64,000 nt of DNA, from assembly GCA_039630415.1 (NCBI GenBank), contig JBCNVB010000013.1:1-64000 (forward strand), read 5' to 3'. The notes below the pieces were generated by a model that worked only from the letters and a program-made list of their open reading frames with translations, was not told where the DNA came from and did not search any database. Positions within the stretch are counted from its first letter, which is position 1; each line of letters begins with the position of its first letter. The stretch comes from a bacterium. Its GTDB lineage: Bacteria; DRYD01. The translations under genes were made by a program, and so were the position numbers. Shown piece after piece: positions 30,665 to 40,750 of the stretch.

Positions 30665-31498
30665 TTACTTAATACTCATTTGTTTTAATCTTTTAATTCT
30701 TTCTTTGATTGGTGGGTGTGTAGAAAGTAGAGATAGGAAGTTTACTGGATTTACGATAAATAGGTGACTGGTTGCTGGGGAGTAATGGGACAAGGGTATT
30801 TGTTTAGAGTAATGGTCTAACTTTTCAAGTGCACTGGCCAAATATAGAGGATTACCAACTATTTCTGCACCTGTTTTATCGGCTAGATATTCTCTTGTTC
30901 TGGAAACTGCCATTTGAATTAGAAAAGCTACGATTGGTGCTATGAGAATTGTACCAAGTTCGGCTAATACGTTTCTTTCGTTATCTTTTGAGGTTGCAAA
31001 TATGATGCTCCATCTAACAATGTCACCTATTATGGATATGGAGCTTGCTATACCTGCTGCTATGGTGGATACTAAAATGTCTCTATTTTTTATGTGAGCT
31101 AGTTCATGTGCTGTAACTCCCATGAGTTCTTCATAAGATAGTAATTGAATTATTCCTTTTGTAAAGGCTATGGCTGAGTTTTTAGGGTTTCTACCTGTAG
31201 CAAAGGCATTTGGTTGATACTCGTCGATTATGTATACTTTTGGCATTGGTAAGTTTGCTTTTTGTGCGAGTGCTTTGACCATGTTGTATAGTTGAGGGTT
31301 ACTTTCTTGGGTTATTTCTTTTGCTCCATAAAATGAAAGTACTATTTTATCTGAGAAGTAATAGCTTATGAAGTTTATGAGTAGTCCTATAGCAAGAGCG
31401 ACGATCATACCTGTGTGTCCTGCTACTGATTTTCCAATAAATACGAGTATAGAGGTCATTATTGCTAGAAGGAAAATTGTTTTAAAATAGTACCACAC
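30665..31498 (-). CDS. htpX: Zinc metalloprotease HtpX (M48)
   Basis: PNAFATG, HELAH, SRTREYLAD and STHPP motifs. Confidence 0.93.
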   Translation of the reverse strand: MWYYFKTIFLLAIMTSILVFIGKSVAGHTGMIVALAIGLLINFISYYFSDKIVLSFYGAKEITQESNPQLYNMVKALAQKANLPMPKVYIIDEYQPNAFATGRNPKNSAIAFTKGIIQLLSYEELMGVTAHELAHIKNRDILVSTIAAGIASSISIIGDIVRWSIIFATSKDNERNVLAELGTILIAPIVAFLIQMAVSRTREYLADKTGAEIVGNPLYLASALEKLDHYSKQIPLSHYSPATSHLFIVNPVNFLSLLSTHPPIKERIKRLKQMSIK

Positions 31499-31624
31499 GG
31501 TTTAACACCTCCTGACTTTATATTTCCCTTGTTTTATTTTTTGTATTCAAAAATTGTTTCCTTGCTGAATGTAATAGGTTTTTTGTGGAGGATAAGTGGG
31601 TTTGTGATAGAAAAATAAATGTAA

Positions 31625-31719
31625 GGGTTGGGGATACCGAAGTACGGACTACAAACCCCGCCAGGTCCGGAAGGAAGCAACGGTAAGTAGGAACTGTACT
31701 GTCGGTATAACCCTAACCC
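31625..31719 (+). ncRNA. ffs: Signal recognition particle (4.5S) RNA
   Basis: Conserved helix-8 core CCAGGTCCGGAAGGAAGCAACGG inside a long hairpin with complementary ends; boundaries approximate. Confidence 0.9.
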
Positions 31720-31730
31720 CCTAGCCTATA

Positions 31731-34700
31731 ATGGATATCAAGAAATTAGAAGCTTTAGTCAAAATTGAACAAGATAATCCCCGACACTGGTTTAATTTAG
31801 CTATTGCATATATTCAAGAAAGTAGATTGGGGGATTCAGTCAAAGCCCTAGAGGAGTCAATAAAAATTAACCCTTACTTTGCACCATCCTATTTTTTTAT
31901 CGGTTTACTACTACTGTTTGGAAGAGAATTTAATAAAGGGATAAAATATCTCGAAAAAGCTCATTCAATTGATGAAATAATATACAAAAAACTAAATGCT
32001 GACAATACCTTAAAGGAAATTATCCAAAACTTGGTAAAAGCATCAATAAAAGTTTTGAAAGACCAACTAGAGTTTCAACCGAATAATATTGAAAATCTAT
32101 CAGCGATTGGAAAGATACTACTATATACAGACTCTTTTGATTCGTCGATAAATTATTTTAGAAAGATAGTAGAGTTGAAACCTGATAATTGGGATGCTTA
32201 TTTGCATTTGGGTTTGGCTTATAGTGGTCTTCAGCAGTTTGAACAAGCTATATTTTATTTGAAAAAAGCTGTAACTTATAACCAATACCTATCCGAAGCC
32301 TATTGGATAATGGGTAAGATATATCAAAAGATGGGTAATTATGGTTTAGCTGTAAAGAACTATGAAAAAGCGGTGGAGATGGCACCGAATAACCCAAACT
32401 TTTTGGAATCTCTAGCAGAGATGTATTATACTTTAGAAAGAAACATACAGGCAATAAAAACTTTGCAAATGGCTATAGATATAAATCCTTCATCAAAATG
32501 GGCTTACTACTATCTTGGAAAATGTTTGGAAAAAGAGTATAATTTTGAATATGCAATGGAACAATATGAAAAAGCTATATCAATAGATCCAGATTTTACT
32601 GAAGCAAAACTTGCTCTGGTTAAACTATATCAAATGAATAATAACAATCAAAGAGCAATTGAAATTTTAGAAGATTTAGCTAAGGAATCAGATGACTTGG
32701 AAATATTTACTCAACTATCTCAACTTTATTTTTATTCTAAGCAATACGAAAAATCAAAGCAATTAGCTCAAAAAATACTTAATATCAGTCCAGAAGATAA
32801 AACTGCACTCTATCTTTACACACTCTCTCTGGTTAATCTTCGTAAAGCTGGTTCTAGTACTGATAAAGATCAAGAAATAATACACAACCTAGAAAAAGTG
32901 TATTCCCAAAACCCATCGGATAAAATAATTTCAGCAGAGCTTTTTAAAATATATATCGATAGTAAAAACTACCAAAAGGCTAAAGAGGTATGGGAAAAAT
33001 CTAAGATAACCGTAACTGATTCTTCAATTGCTAAAAGAATAGCAATAATGTACTTAGAAGAGAATAATACTGAAAAATTTATGCAAACTACCCAAGAATA
33101 CAATTTATTAGAAGAAGATTTTATTTTAGATGTGTTGTCCTTGCTAAAAGAAAAATCTAATCCTTTCATAGATACCTATGTAGCTTATGTTTTAGATAGT
33201 TCGTCTATTAGTGAAGATCAGAGAGTAAGGATTTTGAGCTCATACATGGAATGGTTATATTTTAACAATACTTTGAGATGTTTGGATTTTTACAAATTCA
33301 GAGTTACCAATGAGTTAAAACAGAGATATAACTTTTCTGTTTTTGAAGCTCTATTATACCTTACTCTCTATGCGGAGTATAAAGATAAAAGCTATATGGA
33401 TGGTTTTATTCGTATTTGTGAGAATTTGCCCCAAGAAGTATTTAGAGAGTTACCCATGTTGTATTTTTCTGAAAAAATATTAAATTCCATAAAGCTAGGT
33501 CTTGATTTTTATGCAGTAATAATTCAAAAGAAGCATGATTACATACCTAACATACATGAGTTTCTATCCAAAGTCGGACAATTTGAAAATAACGTTTTAC
33601 TAGTATGTTTGGGTGAGTTATTACCATTGTTTTTGGATAATAGTTACTATACTCAAGCGGTAGAGGTAGTAGAGAAGTATAAACTAGCTAATATAGCCAG
33701 TTTCAAGAAGCTCAAAATAGAAGCACTTTTATTGCAAGGTAAAAACAATGAGGTTATCAGAGAGTGTGAGGAATATTTTCAAACTTTTTCATACGACTCA
33801 CATGTTAACTTAATGATGATAATAGCCAATTTCTATATTCATGGGGAGATAGCTGAAAATCTTATAAAAGAATTGGAATCTATTGTACAGGAATCAAATC
33901 CTTTAGCTTTTGCCATATACTGTTTAATATTGTACAAGTCTAATCTTAATGAGGCTAAGAAGTATGCGAACAGAGCTATGGAATTTATCTATACAGGTAT
34001 GCATTCCTTTAAATACAATTATCAAATTCTCATGGCTATAAACATATTGGCTAAGTTCTATGAAAATACATATCAACTAACAAGTTTTATAAAGGGCTTA
34101 AGGCAGTTAGTAAATAGATATCCTGAAAATTATGCATTTTGTTATTTGCTTGCAAAATATTTGTACATAACTGAGGACTATACTGATGCTGAGTTGGTTA
34201 TTAAGAAAGCTTTGAAGCTATCTACAAATAGTTCTCAATTACTTGAAGCTCAAACTTTACTGGGCAAAATAAGGGATGAAAGAGAAAAATTCCAGAAATT
34301 TGTAAACTATATGGAAACCTTAACACCAGGAATATCTGAAAAAATAGCTCACATAAATACCCTGTACAAAAAAGAAAAAATCGAAGAAATATACAGTTTC
34401 CTTTCAGAACTTTCAAACTCACTCCAAGATATCATCCTTAAGTTTTACATATTCGATAAGCTTGAAATAAAAGAACAAGTTGTTTACTATCTAAACATGC
34501 TTAAGATCATTGCTTTAGAAAATTCTATTGATTTATTGATGGAAATAGTTGAAAATAAGTTGTTTTATTATTCAAGTATGGAAGAGTTTGAGGAGGTAAA
34601 ACAAAAAGCAGAATTAGATTACATGAGGATTTTTAAACAACCTGATGCAGTTGCAGTAGATAGTAAGGCACAAGAAACTAAGCAACAAGGTGAAGCACGA

Positions 34701-35675
34701 CTTGAATCACAGGTTGAAACGCAATTTGAATCACAGGTTGAAACGCAAGCCGAATCACAGATTGAAACACAGCAATCTAAATTTAAAGCTCTAAAACATG
34801 TATCTAATTTGGATCAAATTGATCAGTTAACCGATGAAGAAATAGACAGTATTTATATAGCCGATAAGGATGACTTTGTTATTGCTTGTCTAATTAAAGC
34901 ATCATTAATTGTGGAAGGTCTTGTATCAAAGCTTGATAAAATTAATCAGCTAATAAATAGTGCTGTTAGCCAAAAACAAGAATTGGATGAACTTGAAAAA
35001 GTGGTGTTACTTTTTAGCGAATTAGTACGAAGTGAAAATATATCTGATTTTATAGTTCAGAAGTATGAAAATTTAAAGGAAGCTATTGAGATAGGTTCTA
35101 AATACGGTTTTCAAATGATAACCCAGTTATCTAATTGGATAGAGCAGAAATACTCTGAGTATCAAAAAACTGAAGTTGAAATTAGTTTGAAAGATATTGA
35201 AGATCTTCTAGATATACAGCTTCTTGAACGTGCAAAAATAACAGAAACAGAAGAGCTAATTTTAGCTTACTATCTTAAGTTATTTTATCAAGTTCTAAGC
35301 ATAGATAGAAAGGAATACCAAGAATTAATTGATAACAAAATAGAGCAGGCTGAAGAAAGTATAGGCTATAATGAAAAGGAAAAAGTATTGGTTGATTTTC
35401 TGAAGAACTTAGGTAAATACTTTTCTGAGGATGATTTGAAAAGTTGTTTGCTTGAAGTTAAGAACTTTCTAAGTCAATATGGAAAAGAGGGTTATTACTC
35501 ATTTTATTCTAGTTTAGTGATGGTTGTTATAAGTATCAAATTAAAGCGAGTAGCGGATATAAAGAAGTATTTAGGTTTGGTTATTAATAAGGTGGATCAG
35601 AATGTAAGTTTTCGAAAATTAGTTGGGTATCTGGAAAGGATAGGTGAAGAGTATGAAAAAAGTTCTAGTAACTAG
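31731..35675 (+). CDS. Large TPR-repeat protein
   Basis: Many TPR units in the N-terminal ~450 aa; 1314 aa. Confidence 0.85.
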   Translation: MDIKKLEALVKIEQDNPRHWFNLAIAYIQESRLGDSVKALEESIKINPYFAPSYFFIGLLLLFGREFNKGIKYLEKAHSIDEIIYKKLNADNTLKEIIQNLVKASIKVLKDQLEFQPNNIENLSAIGKILLYTDSFDSSINYFRKIVELKPDNWDAYLHLGLAYSGLQQFEQAIFYLKKAVTYNQYLSEAYWIMGKIYQKMGNYGLAVKNYEKAVEMAPNNPNFLESLAEMYYTLERNIQAIKTLQMAIDINPSSKWAYYYLGKCLEKEYNFEYAMEQYEKAISIDPDFTEAKLALVKLYQMNNNNQRAIEILEDLAKESDDLEIFTQLSQLYFYSKQYEKSKQLAQKILNISPEDKTALYLYTLSLVNLRKAGSSTDKDQEIIHNLEKVYSQNPSDKIISAELFKIYIDSKNYQKAKEVWEKSKITVTDSSIAKRIAIMYLEENNTEKFMQTTQEYNLLEEDFILDVLSLLKEKSNPFIDTYVAYVLDSSSISEDQRVRILSSYMEWLYFNNTLRCLDFYKFRVTNELKQRYNFSVFEALLYLTLYAEYKDKSYMDGFIRICENLPQEVFRELPMLYFSEKILNSIKLGLDFYAVIIQKKHDYIPNIHEFLSKVGQFENNVLLVCLGELLPLFLDNSYYTQAVEVVEKYKLANIASFKKLKIEALLLQGKNNEVIRECEEYFQTFSYDSHVNLMMIIANFYIHGEIAENLIKELESIVQESNPLAFAIYCLILYKSNLNEAKKYANRAMEFIYTGMHSFKYNYQILMAINILAKFYENTYQLTSFIKGLRQLVNRYPENYAFCYLLAKYLYITEDYTDAELVIKKALKLSTNSSQLLEAQTLLGKIRDEREKFQKFVNYMETLTPGISEKIAHINTLYKKEKIEEIYSFLSELSNSLQDIILKFYIFDKLEIKEQVVYYLNMLKIIALENSIDLLMEIVENKLFYYSSMEEFEEVKQKAELDYMRIFKQPDAVAVDSKAQETKQQGEARLESQVETQFESQVETQAESQIETQQSKFKALKHVSNLDQIDQLTDEEIDSIYIADKDDFVIACLIKASLIVEGLVSKLDKINQLINSAVSQKQELDELEKVVLLFSELVRSENISDFIVQKYENLKEAIEIGSKYGFQMITQLSNWIEQKYSEYQKTEVEISLKDIEDLLDIQLLERAKITETEELILAYYLKLFYQVLSIDRKEYQELIDNKIEQAEESIGYNEKEKVLVDFLKNLGKYFSEDDLKSCLLEVKNFLSQYGKEGYYSFYSSLVMVVISIKLKRVADIKKYLGLVINKVDQNVSFRKLVGYLERIGEEYEKSSSN
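34704..34772 (+). repeat. In-frame 24-bp tandem repeat x3 (ESQVETQx)
   Basis: gaatcacaggttgaaacgcaa-type units. Confidence 0.85.
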
Positions 35676-36630
35676 TAAGTTGCCTGGAAACTGGCACCAA
35701 AAAATAGATCTGCCTGAATTTGATATTATTGTCAAGCCGGAAAATGAAGATACCAAAGATTTTCTACTTACAAATGCTGATAATACTATTGGAATCCTAT
35801 GTTTGTTAACTGATAGGATAGATAAGCAAATAATGGAAAGTATGAGTAGTTTAAGGGTTATAAGTAATTATGCGGTAGGTTTTGATAATATTGATGTGGA
35901 GTATGCAACCCAAAAAGGTATATGTGTTACCAATACTCCTGGTGTATTGACAGAAACTTCGGCTGATTTAGCTTGGGCTCTCATATTAGCAGCAAGAAGA
36001 AGGATTATTCAGGCCGATAAATTTACGAGGGAAGGTAAATTTACAGGGTGGAAACCGGATCTTTTCTTAGGATATGATGTTTATGGAAAAGTTTTGGGGA
36101 TAATAGGGTTTGGTAGGATTGGTCAAGCAGTGGCAAGAAGAGCAATAGGCTTTGATATGAAAATAGTTTACTACAGTAGAAAAAGAGATCTAGAAGCAGA
36201 AAAAAAGTATAACGCTCAGTATATGGAATTAGATGAACTTCTTAGAGTAAGTGACATAGTATCGATCCATACCCCACTAAATCAAGAAAGTTATCATATG
36301 ATCACATATGAAAAGCTCAAACTGATGAAACCTACGGCTACAATAGTCAATACTGCAAGAGGGAAGGTAATAAAGGAAGAGGATTTGGTTAGAGCTTTGA
36401 AAGAAGGTGTAATTTTTTCGGCGGGGTTGGACGTGTATGAATTTGAACCAGAGGTACATCCGGAGTTATTAAAACTAGAAAATGTTGTTTTATTACCTCA
36501 CATTGGTAGTGCTAGCTTTGAAACTAGGATCAAAATGGCGGAAATGGCTGTAACAAATCTTGTTAATTTCCTTACAAATAAACCGCCTTTGAGCGTAGTA
36601 AATCCTCAAGTACTTTCCAACAAAGCATAA
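35653..36630 (+). CDS. D-2-hydroxyacid dehydrogenase (glyoxylate reductase / D-glycerate dehydrogenase)
   Basis: GIIGFGRIG, NTARG, GLDVYEFEP and PHIGSA motifs. Confidence 0.9.
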   Translation: MKKVLVTSKLPGNWHQKIDLPEFDIIVKPENEDTKDFLLTNADNTIGILCLLTDRIDKQIMESMSSLRVISNYAVGFDNIDVEYATQKGICVTNTPGVLTETSADLAWALILAARRRIIQADKFTREGKFTGWKPDLFLGYDVYGKVLGIIGFGRIGQAVARRAIGFDMKIVYYSRKRDLEAEKKYNAQYMELDELLRVSDIVSIHTPLNQESYHMITYEKLKLMKPTATIVNTARGKVIKEEDLVRALKEGVIFSAGLDVYEFEPEVHPELLKLENVVLLPHIGSASFETRIKMAEMAVTNLVNFLTNKPPLSVVNPQVLSNKA

Positions 36631-36646
36631 GATACTTACTGAGTTT

Positions 36647-37582
36647 TCAAAGCTCAAAATATCTAAAAGGGTAATTTGTTTGTATTAGTTTGTAGGGTAC
36701 TATTTGGGGGAGGCAGAATAGACTATAGGTAAGTTCATAGTATTTGGGCATAGCCATTTTCATTAGATTTCGTACTAGTGTTTTAGGAATGTTTATTAGA
36801 AAAGCTTTTTTTATTAGGGAGTATTTTGTTATGTACTTTTGGAGGAATTCTTGATAAGTTAGGTAGTTTGTATTTACTGTGTTGAAGATTCCTTGTTGGT
36901 TGTTTTGGAGTAGATGTTGTATTATAAGGGGTATTTCTTGGTTATGTATCCAGGGGAAGGGTGAAGTTGGGGTGATATTTATTCCTATTGAAAATAGAGC
37001 TAGAGGATAGAGCATTTTATGGATATTTGATTTTTTATCTATTACAGCTCCTATTCTTAGAATGATTGATTTTTCTGAGAGTGGGGAGTTGAGGAGTGTA
37101 TTTTCCCATTCTAGGATTAGGTTGGATATGAGATTGGGTTGAATAGGTGAAGATTCGTCTACTTTTTCAAGTGGGTTTTGGTAGTATATTCCTACTGCAG
37201 ATGCGGAGACTATCTTGTAAATATCAGCTTTTGATTCTATTAAGCTGGACACTATCTTTTGATTTACTGTTACTCTACTTTGGTATATTTTTTCCCATTT
37301 CTTTTGGGTAGTTAGTCCCAAAATATTTTCTCCTACAAAAATTAGCACTATCCATGTGGATTTTTGTGAATTTAGAAGTTCTGTAAGTATGCTTTGTAGG
37401 TTGTTAAGTGAGTATGAGATAAAGTGTGTATTGGGTATATTGTTTTTTATTTGTTTTCTGGATAGGCAAAAGATTTTGTTTAGTTGTGCGTTAGGTAGGA
37501 GATTGTTTTTTTGTATAAACTGGAAGAGATTGTTACCTATAAGACCGTTATATCCGAATAGAAGGATATTGTATTCTTTCAT
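36647..37582 (-). CDS. NAD-dependent epimerase-like protein (YfcH/TIGR01777-like)
   Basis: GYNGLIG, SRV, SASAVGIY and PWIH motifs. Confidence 0.75.
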   Translation of the reverse strand: MKEYNILLFGYNGLIGNNLFQFIQKNNLLPNAQLNKIFCLSRKQIKNNIPNTHFISYSLNNLQSILTELLNSQKSTWIVLIFVGENILGLTTQKKWEKIYQSRVTVNQKIVSSLIESKADIYKIVSASAVGIYYQNPLEKVDESSPIQPNLISNLILEWENTLLNSPLSEKSIILRIGAVIDKKSNIHKMLYPLALFSIGINITPTSPFPWIHNQEIPLIIQHLLQNNQQGIFNTVNTNYLTYQEFLQKYITKYSLIKKAFLINIPKTLVRNLMKMAMPKYYELTYSLFCLPQIVPYKLIQTNYPFRYFEL

Positions 37583-38727
37583 GCTGTAATGTTGAAGGTT
37601 TTGATATTATCTCTGATATTTTGTGCAAGAAGGATGGCTTTTTTTATGTTAATAAGTCCGTTGCCTTGGGAGTATTTGTCGTATTCTTTACCGTTTTTGT
37701 CTTTAAGTTTTATGGTTGATTGGGTGATGATATGTTTTATGGTTTGAGGGGAGGCGTTAGGTAGGATTTGGTATAGTAGTGCGGCGATACCGCTTACTAT
37801 GGCTGTTCCTGCGCTGGTGCCTGAGCTTTCTATGTAGTATCCTTTACTCCAGTCTGATGTGATGTGTGGGTCTAGGATGCTGGAGGGTACTCTAGCGCCG
37901 AGGATTTTTTTAGACGGTGCGATTACATCGGGTTTGTCGAGTTTTTCCAGGGTAGGTGTTGGTCCTCTTGAAGAACCCACGTAAATTTCATCGTCTTCGA
38001 TGGATGGGGTATTTTTGGTATCGCTACCTCCGACGGTGATGACGTTGGGTGCGACGCCTGGGCTATCGATTGTTTCGTAGGTTTGATCGTTACCAGCTGC
38101 TGCAACTACTGTAAATTCTTTAGCTAGTTGGTCGGCTAGTTTGGCAATTTCATCTTCTTCCCAAGATTTGTCGGGGTTAGTATCAACTCCTAAAGAAATG
38201 TTAATCACTTTTACGTTATATTTTTTGCCGTTTTCAATAAGCCATTGAAGTGCTTTGATTAGTTCAGAGACTGTAGTTATTCTAAGGATAACGAATTTAA
38301 CATCTGGAGCTATGCCTTGGTTATATCCTTTTGAGGCTTTTCCTGTACCACCGATTATTGAGGTTACGTAAGTTCCATGTCCTAGGATATCTTTTGGATT
38401 TTCTTGGGTTGATTCTCCTGAGAAGTCTTTATAGAAGATTATTCTATCTTTGTCTATATCTGGGTGATCATAGATAATACCACTATCTATTACTGCTACG
38501 ACAACGTCTTTACCAGTTAGATTATTTTCAATCGCTGTTTGTAGATCTATGGCTTGGAGATTAGGATTCAGTATATAGTACGACAAATCGTTTTCGGAGT
38601 GATTTATTTGTACTGTATCCTGTATTTCTGTTGTTTTGTCTGTTTGTATTTTGGGAGTTACTTTTGTTAATGAAGTATTGATTAGGGTTTCAGTGTGTTT
38701 AATCTTGTTTTTCTGACTTATGTACAT
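37579..38727 (-). CDS. S8 subtilisin-family serine peptidase (AprX-like)
   Basis: Triad VIDSG / GHGT / SGTS and oxyanion AAAGN; likely start ATG 38727 (track gives 38796). Confidence 0.9.
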   Translation of the reverse strand: MYISQKNKIKHTETLINTSLTKVTPKIQTDKTTEIQDTVQINHSENDLSYYILNPNLQAIDLQTAIENNLTGKDVVVAVIDSGIIYDHPDIDKDRIIFYKDFSGESTQENPKDILGHGTYVTSIIGGTGKASKGYNQGIAPDVKFVILRITTVSELIKALQWLIENGKKYNVKVINISLGVDTNPDKSWEEDEIAKLADQLAKEFTVVAAAGNDQTYETIDSPGVAPNVITVGGSDTKNTPSIEDDEIYVGSSRGPTPTLEKLDKPDVIAPSKKILGARVPSSILDPHITSDWSKGYYIESSGTSAGTAIVSGIAALLYQILPNASPQTIKHIITQSTIKLKDKNGKEYDKYSQGNGLINIKKAILLAQNIRDNIKTFNITA

Positions 38728-38770
38728 ATTTTTTAGGTTATCGCTGTTTATTTTTATTATGTACGGGTTA

Positions 38771-38787
38771 TGTAAAAAAAATGTTAA
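38771..38787. promoter_or_regulatory. Direct-repeat box TGTAAA-N5-TGTTAA, copy 2, between divergent genes
   Basis: Reverse complement matches the 9534/50551 box at 16/17. Confidence 0.55.
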
Positions 38788-38879
38788 AAAAAGCATTCAG
38801 AAATTTTAATTTCGTTTCGGATGGAACATATACATCTGAAGAAAAGCAAAGTAAGTTATAATAGAATAGGCCGTAGGGG

Positions 38880-40133
38880 GTGGGTATAATGTCTTTTGAT
38901 GTTTTCAACTCCATGAACATTATAACAGGTGGAAGAACACAGAACATATATAGGATTAGTATAACGGCGGATATAAGTGTACCTATTCATCAGGGTTCTA
39001 CAATATCCGATCATTACCAAGCGGGATTGCTCATAAGGCCTACTGCAGATTTTGATAGTCTAATATCGGCAGTAAGGGATTTATCGTTTAACACTTCTTA
39101 TAATCCAGGACCAATACCTGCAATACCTGAGCCTTCACATTCTACATATCAGGGTATAAATAGTCTGGAACAACTAACAAATATGCTTAGAAATTTTGGT
39201 GAGAAGTTAAATCAGCTCACAAGTGTTTTTGATAGAACACAGGCAGATAAGATGAGAACGATAAACACCATAAGAAACTTGGAGCAACAAAAAGCTAATA
39301 TAGAAAATAGAATAAACCAACTGAATGCTAGGATACAACAGTTAAACAATCAAGCTAATCAATTAGATAATCAGGCAAAGCAATTAGATGCTAAAGCTAA
39401 TAATTTAGAAAAGCAGGCTAATAATTTAGAAAAGAATGCTGCTAAAATAGAGCAGCAGGCAAGGGCTTTGATGTCAAATCCCAAAACTGCTGCAAAAGGA
39501 GCTAGTTTGATGGCCAAAGCTCAGTCACTAAGAAAAACAGCTGCAACTCTAAAAGCTCAAGCTAAACAATTAAAGCAACAAGCAAAACAACTAAGAAATC
39601 AAGCTCAGAGATTAAGAGGAGAAGCAAATAGACTACAACAGCAAGTAAATCAACTGCAACAAAGAAAACAAATGGTAGAGCTAAGATTGAATAACCAAAA
39701 GAAATTACTCCAAAAAATAGATAACCACCAACAAAGAATAACTGATTCAATGAGAAAAGTAGTAGAGCATGCAAGACTTATATATCAAAGAGCTATGGAA
39801 TTGGTAGGTGCAAGAAATCAAGCCAATCCATTCCAACAACTGATAAACGATATACAATCGATGTTTAACAATAGAGCTTTAGGAAATGTACCAGGAATGG
39901 GCTTTATGCCAGGTATGGGAATGATGCCAGGTATGCCATTTAATCCTGCCCTTGCAATCGCTCAAGCAATCAATAATGTCTTTGCAATGGGATTCATAGC
40001 AGGAATGTCATTTGGTAAAAATAAAGCAATGAGAGATATGATGGGAATGATGGCAGGTATAGGACTTATGATGATGGGACCTATGGCTGGTCCTATGCTA
40101 GGATTGGGCTTCCTAAGCAGAATGATTAGATAA
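38880..40133 (+). CDS. Hypothetical long coiled-coil protein with Gly/Met-rich hydrophobic C-terminus
   Basis: Regular heptads (ANQLDNQ, AKQLKQQ); start may be ATG 38889. Confidence 0.8.
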   Translation: MGIMSFDVFNSMNIITGGRTQNIYRISITADISVPIHQGSTISDHYQAGLLIRPTADFDSLISAVRDLSFNTSYNPGPIPAIPEPSHSTYQGINSLEQLTNMLRNFGEKLNQLTSVFDRTQADKMRTINTIRNLEQQKANIENRINQLNARIQQLNNQANQLDNQAKQLDAKANNLEKQANNLEKNAAKIEQQARALMSNPKTAAKGASLMAKAQSLRKTAATLKAQAKQLKQQAKQLRNQAQRLRGEANRLQQQVNQLQQRKQMVELRLNNQKKLLQKIDNHQQRITDSMRKVVEHARLIYQRAMELVGARNQANPFQQLINDIQSMFNNRALGNVPGMGFMPGMGMMPGMPFNPALAIAQAINNVFAMGFIAGMSFGKNKAMRDMMGMMAGIGLMMMGPMAGPMLGLGFLSRMIR

Positions 40134-40156
40134 TACAAATACATAATACAAGTACT

Positions 40157-40750
40157 ATGGAATTGATATTTGTAGTTAGTTTTGCGGTAATACTTGCAGC
40201 TTTTACGGGAATAAGAGCATTCTTACCACTAACTATAGTATCCGTAATGGCTAAATTTAACTTAGTTACAATACCAGCCTCATCAAAATTCATAAACTTT
40301 TTAACTGACGAAAGAGTCATGGCTTTTCTAATAATCGCCACTATCATCGAAATACTATCAGATAAAATTCCATTAATAGACAATATCCTAGATAGTGTCT
40401 ATGTAGTTCTAAAACCAGTCATATCGGTTATTAGTGCATATTCTATAACACTTTCTACTGTAGAACCATGGCAAGGTTTTATTATATCTTTAACACTTGC
40501 ATTAATATCGAGCTCATCATCTAGTATATCTAAAGCAACGGTTAGGGCAGCATCTACTACATTCTCTGCAGGAACCCTTAATACTTTAATAAGTTTTATT
40601 GAAGATGTCACTGTATTCATAGGTATTATAATCTCCGTGATATTTACGATAATATTGCCTCTGATGGCACTTACGATAATACTGCTAATTGCTCTTGGTT
40701 TATTCATGATTTTAAAGTTGAGGTATAATCCCAAGTGGAAAACGAGCTAA
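40157..40750 (+). CDS. DUF4126-like membrane protein
   Basis: GIRAFLPL, EILSDKIP..D and SFIED motifs. Confidence 0.75.
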   Translation: MELIFVVSFAVILAAFTGIRAFLPLTIVSVMAKFNLVTIPASSKFINFLTDERVMAFLIIATIIEILSDKIPLIDNILDSVYVVLKPVISVISAYSITLSTVEPWQGFIISLTLALISSSSSSISKATVRAASTTFSAGTLNTLISFIEDVTVFIGIIISVIFTIILPLMALTIILLIALGLFMILKLRYNPKWKTS

